A stretch of 32,698 nucleotides of DNA from Octopus bimaculoides (lineage: Eukaryota). Position numbers and translations under genes: made by a program. Below the pieces are notes generated by a model, which was not told the DNA's origin, made no database searches, and saw only the letters and a program-made list of their open reading frames with translations. Positions 1-7,691 of this stretch are shown here, one piece after another. Positions within the stretch are counted from its first letter, which is position 1; each line of letters starts with the position of its first letter. Location of the stretch: the NCBI RefSeq assembly GCF_001194135.2, contig NC_068981.1:92414726-92447423 (forward strand). Reading direction: 5' to 3'.

Positions 1-120
1 TGCAATAATAAGTGTCAAGTGAGGGAAATAAACTCAATTACCAATCTTTCATTTATGAATTCATTCATTTCGTTCTTTTGCATTTCAATTTGTACATTTG
101 TACGCAGAATTTTCACCACG

Positions 121-833
121 TGCACGCCAGAAGAAATGGAAAAACGAGTAATTTTATCTCCTTAAAATTCTAAATGTCCTGCAATAAATGAAAATGTTCT
201 TAATACTATACAAGAGGCGCTTAAAACGTACTTAAGCAGAGATTCAGTGTCCTCAATAATGAAAAGGAGGTTCAGAACTATCCATTTGAATTCATAAACT
301 CACTCACTCCATTCGGTATGCCTCCTCATCGCCTCAACTTAAAAGTAGGGGCTATTGTAATGCTGCTAAGAAATCTTTCGACCATTCAAGGATTATGTAA
401 TGGAACTCGCATGAAAGTGCAAAGACTCCATGAACATTGTGTAGAGGCAACATTGATAACAGGCTCAAACAGAGGTCGTACAGTTTAATTCCCAGAATTA
501 AACTTAGCCCAAGTGATGCAAATGTTCCATTCACACTAAACAGACTTCAGTTTCTACTTCGAATTGCATATTAATAAGGCTCAAGGGCAATCATTCGAAA
601 AAGTTGGAATAAATTTGACCCGACCGGTATTTCTCAAGGCTAATTATATGTCGCATTTTCAAGAACACTAGCTATGAACAATATCAAAGTAAGAGTGATG
701 ACACTCAACTGGGATAACAAACAAGGCCAAAAACGGTGTGATGTGCACACAAAATATTATCTACCATGAAGTACTGTGTGGAAGACCACCACACCAGCCG
801 CTCCATCATTACACATCCACATTACACCTTTAA
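121..833 (+). pseudogene. Helitron RepHel C-terminal PIF1-like helicase domain, degenerate (stops and frameshifts)
   Basis: Manual translation across frames gives EKRVILSP*N..INENVL..KTYLSRDSV, then NYPFEFINSLTPFGMPPHRLNLKVGAIVMLLRNL..GLCNGTRM, LIPRIKLSPSD, INKAQGQSFEKVGI, LYVAFSR and TQNIIYHEVL. These are the characteristic C-terminal motifs of Helitron helicases. Confidence 0.93.
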
Positions 834-937
834 GATCAGAGAACCAGTTAAGAGTCTGCCGTTGGATCTCTCTCTCGGCATACCAGCAAACCCAAAAAAT
901 TACACAAGCCAGCATCACCACTGCCTCCAAGCCAATC

Positions 938-1258
938 ATATATATATACATATATGTATGTATGTATGTATGTATGCATGTGTGTATGTGTGTATGTATG
1001 TATGTATGTATGTATGTATGTATGTATGTATGTGCGTATGTGAGTTTGTGTCTGTGTTTGTCCCACCACCACAATTACTTGACAACCGATGATGGTGATT
1101 TTGCGTCCCTGTAATCTAGCTGCTCATCAGAAGAGACTGATAGAATAAGAACCGGGCTTACAGGGAATAAGTCCACGAGAAAATTTCCTTGACTAAAGGG
1201 TGGTGCTCCAGCATGGCCACCGTCAAATGACTGAAATAAATAAAGGAATAAAAGAATA
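938..1258 (+). mobile_element. SINE family A, 3' half (starts at its internal (TATG)n microsatellite)
   Basis: 1041-1258 matches the copy at 5115-5323 (GTGTCTGTGTTTGTCCC..GACAACCGATG..GATAGAATAAG..GGTGCTCCAGCATGGCCAC..AAATGAC) and ends in an A-rich tail. Confidence 0.88.
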
Positions 1259-1446
1259 CCAGGAAAATGTTCCATACCACTAAACCAAGATAGTTCTTTG
1301 AATATATACAATGTTTTTTTTAAGGTAAAATAGTAATTCCGTTTACGTTTGTGTAGCTGAGATACTTTGGTTGGATTATATAGTCATTGGTGTTACATTA
1401 CATTCTATATTCTGTAATTGTCCCATTATACTTTTCTAGACCTGAA

Positions 1447-1579
1447 CATTTTGTGGGGAGGGTGCCAGTTGATTAGATCGACCGCAGTATACAACTGGTG
1501 CTTAATTTATTGACCCCGAAAGGACGAAAGCTAAAGTCAACCGCAGCAGAATTTGAACTCAGAACGTAAAGACAGACGG
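1447..1579 (-). mobile_element. SINE family B, central fragment
   Basis: The reverse complement reads GTTCTGAGTTCAAATTCTGC..GACTTTAGCTTTCGTCCTTTCGGGGTCAATAAATTAAGCACCAG, homologous to the copies at 27853-28071 and 30819-30993. Confidence 0.85.
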
Positions 1580-1887
1580 TCATAATATGCAAACATTTCT
1601 CATGGCACCTGTAAACAGGTGTTTAAATTTTTGTATGTTTTCCGTGAATTTTTCACAGGTCTATCTAGTAAAAACGGATTATTTTACCATATATAAGAGG
1701 ATTTAGAGTAAAATAAAGCCCCAAAAAATAATAGCGGTTGAAAGGAATCGATAAAAGGAAATAAATACATAATAAGGAAAACAGCAATGCATAAAAAACA
1801 CAGCTGCTCAGAATTCAGTCAAAGCTGAATATACAATTCGCAATACACTGAAATAAGAGTCTCCAAAGCACTAAAGTAATACAATAG

Positions 1888-1888
<1 letters not shown>

Positions 1889-1932
<44 letters not shown>
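1889..1932. repeat. (AAT)n microsatellite
   Basis: Uninterrupted AAT tract seen directly. Confidence 0.97.
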
Positions 1933-1933
<1 letters not shown>

Positions 1934-2423
1934 GCGTATGAGCCTTGAAACTGAAGCGTTAATAATGCACAAATATAAGCATTTGTACTAGGAGGAGGTA
2001 AATATACCATCAAAAATCGATAGGAAAATATAGAAAGAGAATAAGACATTGGTCACATTATACTAATACAAACAACCATGTAATATGGGATCACATCACG
2101 CGGGAGTAAACGAAAATAAGAAGAAATATAACGACAGAATAATAATAGTACGTACTGTACGTACATGATATTAAAAATATTGCTGTTAGCAGTTCGCGAC
2201 CTGACACTTCGTGCAGAGACGCCCTTCTGTTAACGAAATATTGATTCTGAAACTTTAGATCGCTCTTCGTTCCTAAGCAAACTGGCATATCATCCCGTGA
2301 TATTATTCACATATAATCTGATATCAAGAGGATAATTCAGAATAAAACGCAAATTCAGTACAACAGGAAGGAATACATCGATACGGACAGAAGAAATGCA
2401 ACTAAATTATAAATTTACATATT

Positions 2424-2491
2424 ATTTATTGTAGTATTTATTGTAGTATATTTATTGTAGAATTTGTTGTAGTATATATATATATATATAT
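2424..2491. repeat. Short tandem repeat (ATTTATTGTAGT x ~4) running into (TA)n
   Basis: Four imperfect 12-14 bp units followed by a TA tract at the gap edge. Confidence 0.85.
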
Positions 2492-2833
2492 NNNNNNNNN
2501 NNNNNNNNNNNNNNNNNNNNNNNNNNNNNNNNNNNNNNNNNNNNNNNNNNNNNNNNNNNNNNNNNNNNNNNNNNNNNNNNNNNNNNNNNNNNNNNNNNNN
2601 NNNNNNNNNNNNNNNNNNNNNNNNNNNNNNNNNNNNNNNNNNNNNNNNNNNNNNNNNNNNNNNNNNNNNNNNNNNNNNNNNNNNNNNNNNNNNNNNNNNN
2701 NNNNNNNNNNNNNNNNNNNNNNNNNNNNNNNNNNNNNNNNNNNNNNNNNNNNNNNNNNNNNNNNNNNNNNNNNNNNNNNNNNNNNNNNNNNNNNNNNNNN
2801 NNNNNNNNNNNNNNNNNNNNNNNNNNNNNNNNN
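2492..2833. other. Assembly gap (N run)
   Basis: N run flanked by (TA)n on both sides. Confidence 0.99.
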
Positions 2834-3368
2834 ATATATATATAACTAATGTAGAGACGAACCACCACTCTACAAGTCAGTCAACGAAGATTCCGTCCAA
2901 AACCATGCTGTGAGGCAATTTTAATAATATATGATATATCATATAAAGAAACATTCATCATAAAAATATTAATGTATAAATCAAATAAAGTATAAATAGG
3001 ACAGTAAAAAATACAATAATATAATGTGTAAAAGTATAAAAGTATAAAAGTCAGTACTTGTACGTAGACCACGCGCGTTTCATGGCTGAAATAGGACTAT
3101 ATCAGACCATAAGAAGATTCAATCCAAGTTCATTAGAACGGGAAAATTATCTTACTCCCAAAATCAATCACTCTTCAGGTCAAATTCCTAAAAATATACC
3201 TAAAATCATTCGAGGAATAAATATAAACATGAGAAATAAAAATATATATAACAAGACAAACCCTGTAAAATAATCCCTATGTTATTGGCATTAATATAAT
3301 TATTAATATAATTATTGATAATTACAATCTAAAAATATTGAAAATGAGTATTATAGTGAATTATATAT

Positions 3369-3752
3369 ATCGTGGCATTCCGTCGGTTACAACGAAGAGG
3401 GTCCCGGTTGATCTGATCAATGGAACAGCCCGCTGTCGAATTTAACGTCCAACTGGCTGAGCACTCCACAGACACGACTACGCTTAACATAGTTTTCGGG
3501 AAGATTCAGCGTGACACAGAGTGTGACAAGGCTGCCTTTTGAAATACAGGTACAATAGAAACAGGAAGAAAGAGAGAGATAGAAAGTTGTGGTGATAGAG
3601 TATAAAAGGGTTCACCATCACCCCGCGCCGGAGTCTAGTGAAGCTTTAGGTATTTTCGCTCATTTAACACTCACAACGCCCGGTCTGGGAATCGAAACCT
3701 TGATTATACGACCGCGAGTTCGCTGCTCTAACCACTGGGGTATTGCGACTCT
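3369..3752 (-). mobile_element. tRNA-derived SINE family C, near full length
   Basis: The minus-strand 5' end reads AGAGTCGCAATACCCCAGTGGTTAGAGCAGCGAACTCGCGGTCGTATAATCAAGGTTTCGATTCCCAGACCGGGCG, with A-box-like (CCCAGTGGTTAG) and B-box-like (GGTTTCGATTCCC) Pol III promoter elements. About 300 bp of non-tRNA body follows. Confidence 0.82.
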
Positions 3753-4704
3753 CACGCGCGCGCGCGCATACACACACACACACATATATATATATATACA
3801 TACATATATGTGTGTGTGCGTATGTGTGTGTATACATTAAAAAATAAATACATATACACACAATATAGATACACATATAGAAATATATGAATACGAATAC
3901 TGTACAAGATGAGTAACAAACAGGGGCAGGTGTCAATTCATTACGGCTGTGTCTAACGACTCCTTGAATTGATTGAGGAGAACATTACATCATTGAAAAG
4001 AAACCGTTTTTGTCAGTTGAATTCATGCTCTTCAAACATAAAAGACAGTTCAACTTATTCAAAATAGTTAACAAATTAATGGAGTAAAAATATTTACATC
4101 TATCTTACTACCATTCAGTTGGCAGAATTAACTTATCAGAAAAGTGTTTATTTGGGAAGAACAAAGAAGAATTTAGAGGTTGTTACATTTTAGAGTAGGG
4201 GAAGGAGATAATTGTCCCAAGTGACCCAATTATCTAAACTTCTATGTGTACTGGTCAGGGTTGAGAGAAGCAATTAATGTCAGGCCAGCCTACTAAATTA
4301 TCAAAAGTGATGCGACAGATCACATTGGCATAATTTGAAGAAAGCTGTCAAAGTGGTTTCACATGCATTCAGAGCTACATTACGAACATTGTCTTCAGTG
4401 AAATATACTCACTGGTCATTTTCAAGATGTACAGATAGATTTTAAGAAGTTGTTCCTATATGCAAACAGGGTGTGACCTTTCTGTTGACAGTACATTTGT
4501 ATAAAAGCAGAAGAGTTTTTCATGAAGCGCTTGTCAATTGGATGACGTGACATGAAAGGCATCGTCATTCTTGGTATATTTGTGAATAAGTCACTAACCG
4601 AAATAAGTGGATCTAGCGTTTAGGAAAATACAATTTACTTGTTTCAGGATTTTACTGGATAAATGGCGAAAATAGCTCTAGCAATTCGCAAAATGGGAAT
4701 AATA

Positions 4705-4758
4705 ATACATACATACATACATACATACATACATACATACATACATACATACATACAT
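4705..4758. repeat. (ATAC)n microsatellite
   Basis: Seen directly. Confidence 0.97.
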
Positions 4759-4824
4759 TTCATTTTCATTTTTTCATTTTATCTAGTTACAGCTCATGAT
4801 CTGCTGCCATGTTGGGGCACCGCC
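4757..4824 (-). mobile_element. SINE 3' tail fragment related to family A
   Basis: The reverse complement contains GGCGGTGCCCCAACATGGCAGCAG, matching GGTGCTCCAGCATGGCC of family A, followed by an A-rich tail. Confidence 0.65.
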
Positions 4825-5000
4825 ATTATATATATATAATCAAAATAAGTATCTGGATTTCAAGTAGTAACGCAGTACAACCGTTTCAAGCGACTCTATT
4901 TCACTGAACAATGGTATCATCACATCAATTAATAATAGCGCTATCTTCTGCTGCACAAATATTGATTTTCAACAGCCAGGTTATATTAATATAATTTTAT

Positions 5001-5323
5001 CTTTGGCGAGTGTCTTCTACTATAGCCTCAGGCCGACCAAGACTTGTGAGTGGATTTGGTAGATGGAAACTGAAAGAAGCCCGTCGTATATGTGTATATA
5101 TATGTATGTGTGTATATGTTTGTGTGTCTGTGTTTGTCCCCCGCCCCAACATCGCTTGACAACCGATGGTGGTGTGTTTACGTCCCCGTAACTTAGCAGT
5201 TCGGCAAAAGAGGCTGATAGAATAAGTACTAGGCTTACAAAGAATAAGTCCTGGGGTCGATTTGCTCGACTAAAGTGGTGCTCCAGCATGGCCACAGTCA
5301 AATGACCGACACAAGTAAAAGAG
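5001..5323 (+). mobile_element. SINE family A, 5'-truncated copy with internal (TA/TG)n tract
   Basis: CTTTGGCGAGTGTCTTCTACTATAGCCTCAGGCCGACC..GGAAACTGAAAGAAGCCCGTCG, then a microsatellite, then the 3' half shared with 1041-1258 and 28218-28362. The 5' part matches 15888-16018 in reverse. Confidence 0.9.
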
Positions 5324-5547
5324 ATTCTAACAAAGCAAGAGGATGGAAGAAGTTCATGTTGTCACTATGGTAGCAAGAACAGCTCAAAGAAGAACAAGAC
5401 TACAATTTTTAGAGTGGCATGGAATTTTTTACAGTGGGGGGTTGGGGGGTCATTTCCTATTTAACTATCTCCTTATCAACAAAAATCTAAGACTAGAAGA
5501 CTGCGTATAATTAGAACATATATGTGTGTGTGTGCGTCTGTGTGTAC

Positions 5548-6137
5548 ACCTGTATACTTTAAATCACTTTTAGTTATGCACAGCCATCTTTTTTCTGCCT
5601 GTCTTATCTTCAACATCCCTATGAAATTGACCATGCATTCTTTTCTTTACCCACCTATTTTCAGTTTCATTCGTTTTAAATTGCTTGTACAGTCCTTTAT
5701 CTTTGCAATCTTTCACCCTACACACGCCTGACCTTCTTCTAATAATAGCGGCTCTGTGGCATTTTTTACATACCATGCTATGTTGTTTTCTCCTGCTCTA
5801 ATGCTGTGTTCGCATCCAATAAGTCCTCTTCCCCCGCTTTTTCTTGGTGCATACAGTCTGTCTGTGTCCCTTTTTGGGTAGACTGTCCCGTATCTAGTTA
5901 GCAACGTCCTTGTCTTTCTGGCTAAGATGCTTAGTTCCTCTACTGTCCATGCGATTACCGCTCCTCCATATCTAAGGAGTGAAACCACCCAGGTGTTGAT
6001 AACTTCAACCTTATTCCGTCCGTTTAATTTCGACTTAAGGATCAGTTTCAGTCTGCGCAAGTATTCCACCTTAAATTTTTCTGTCATTTCTTTCTCCATC
6101 AATTTATCCATTTCCAAAATCCCCAAGTACTTGTAGT
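5548..6137 (-). mobile_element. R4/Dong-clade non-LTR retrotransposon fragment (end of RT, thumb and downstream region)
   Basis: The minus strand translates YKYLGILEMD..EYLRRLKLILKSKLNGRNKVEVINTWVVSLLRYG..RLYAPRKSGGRGL. After frameshifts it reads WVKKRMHGQFHRD and WLCITKSDLKYT, motifs typical of R4-clade RTs. Confidence 0.85.
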
Positions 6138-6139
6138 GC

Positions 6140-6960
6140 GATGCTATTTTTAATAGAATGTCTTTTTAACGGTTTGAACGATATTTCGACAGATCGTCTA
6201 TCTTCAAGTTCAAAATGTAGAATGAAAACAACTGCAGAAACAGAAATTCAAACTATAAACGAGGAAATCCCGTGTTCGTATTTTGATAGAATGATCTCAT
6301 AAGGTTTCTATTTTGTAACTGGTGACAGGAAAAAGACCGAAAAATAAATAAATAAAAGAAAAAAATAGAATTTTCAATCCAACAGTTTTGTGTAAAGTGA
6401 TGAAACTCACCTTTCATTTTATTAATTACTCCAGGACGTGATTTTAGTAATTCACAAATATATTTGTCCTCATGCATTTTGAGGACTGAATGTGTAGTAG
6501 ATTTTGAATACTTTCTGTGAATGTGCGCTTTCACGTGTTCCTCAAAATTGCAGCCACTTGATGTAAAATATTTGGCAAAGGCTGTCGAACTACTGCTATT
6601 GTGCATAATATCATACCGATGCCCATTGAAAATTTTGTTTAATTGTTCTGTTGTACAACCAATATTAATCAAGTTGTGTATGGTGCATTCTGCGGCGTAC
6701 ACCAAGTGGGTAGTTTTACACGTTCTACCTTCCGAATACATCCTAACATTTCTGTTATGATTCAAGGTGTCATTGACTTAACACATGTCGTCGCACAATG
6801 AACAGAATTTCCCTCTCTCCCGGCTGTTTTTCAAGATACAGCGTTCAGAAACTCCAATAGTAATTTTCTTGTGGTTAGAGGTAATGGTTAATATTTCTCT
6901 TATACTTTAATTCTGTCTAAAGGCTACAATATACAGGTTTTAAACAAATATTTCCTTAAC
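6140..6960 (-). mobile_element. Penelope-like element (PLE) 3' fragment: GIY-YIG endonuclease plus terminal-repeat-like tail
   Basis: In-frame minus-strand reading: IVAFRQN*SIREIL..GKFCSLCDDMC*..TCKTTHLVYAAECTIHNLINIGCTTEQLNKIFNGHRYDI..FAKYF..HEDKYICELLKSRPGVIN. This is the PLE linker, Cys motif and GIY-YIG fold; the tail contains a hammerhead motif. Confidence 0.85.
6173..6214 (-). ncRNA. Minimal type I hammerhead ribozyme motif (U3 variant) in the PLE tail
   Basis: Minus strand: TTTGAAC-TTGAAGA-TA-GAC-GATCT-GTC-GAAA-TATC-GTTCAAA. It has a perfect 7-bp stem I, a (C/U)UGAnGA core, a 3-bp stem II, GAAA, a palindromic ATAT stem III and an AUC cleavage triplet. Confidence 0.72.
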
Positions 6961-7691
6961 CGCCTATTGTAAAAATATACGTTGCAACAGACAGTAATCT
7001 ATTCTTAGTTGCAAACTGTCCAAATATAAAATCATGAAATATAAGAAAAGCTCATACAAAACAAAACAAATAAAACTGAAAACAAGTGCCTTGAGAATGT
7101 TCCAAATTATTGCTGAGAATTATGTTATCAAATCGCTTGAATATTTGTAGACAACGAATATAATAGTTTTCACCTCAAAGCGCAACTAAAATATTACTTA
7201 TTTCAATATAATATAGGAATGCTGAAAATTCTTTCACATAACCAAAGCACATAAATCTCCACGATATTCTGCTCTGTAAGCAAATAATAATTATAAGAAA
7301 CTTGGGAACTCTAATAGAATGTAAATAACAGAAATCAATAAGACTTAAGATTTCATTTATAAATAATTTATGAATAAATACTTTACCGTGTAATTTTGAT
7401 GAAACATATCTGGGAAATAAAATTATACAGACTTATATTTTATTCAAGAACGTTTATCTAAGGATATTTTGGAGACACTAAAATTTGATTTGATACTTTA
7501 CATCATATTTCGAAGATTCAAATCCGTTTTGATTATTCTGATTCAACAATAATTAGCAGATACCGAAAGATAATTTGGGAATTTAAAAAAGAAACATTAA
7601 TTAACGGAAAACTTTGCTCTAGGTACATGAATAAAGTTTGCACCTGCCATATCCAGGTAGAAAAAAAACTCTAGCATCATACAATATCTAA

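Larger units (their letters stand above)
121..1668 (+). mobile_element. Helitron, 3' portion with terminus (hairpin + CTAG), interrupted by two SINEs
   Basis: The helicase relic is followed by CCGTGAA-TTT-TTCACAGG (1642-1659; a perfect hairpin if A1657 was a decayed CpG), then TCTAT, CTAG (1665-1668) and a T. This fits the canonical Helitron 3' end and the A|T target site. Confidence 0.75.

Noticed and set aside
757-1114. ORFs rich in HT/YI/CV/MYVC repeats here and at 12181-13104, 13941-15051, 15718-16641, 18832-19265, 20759-21313, 30904-31838
   Set aside because: They are translations of microsatellites or run through N gaps; they are not genes.
3674-3752. tRNA-like sequence on the minus strand
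   Set aside because: It has A/B boxes but no clean cloverleaf or acceptor stem, and it continues into a ~300-bp repeat body, so it is a SINE head rather than a tRNA gene.
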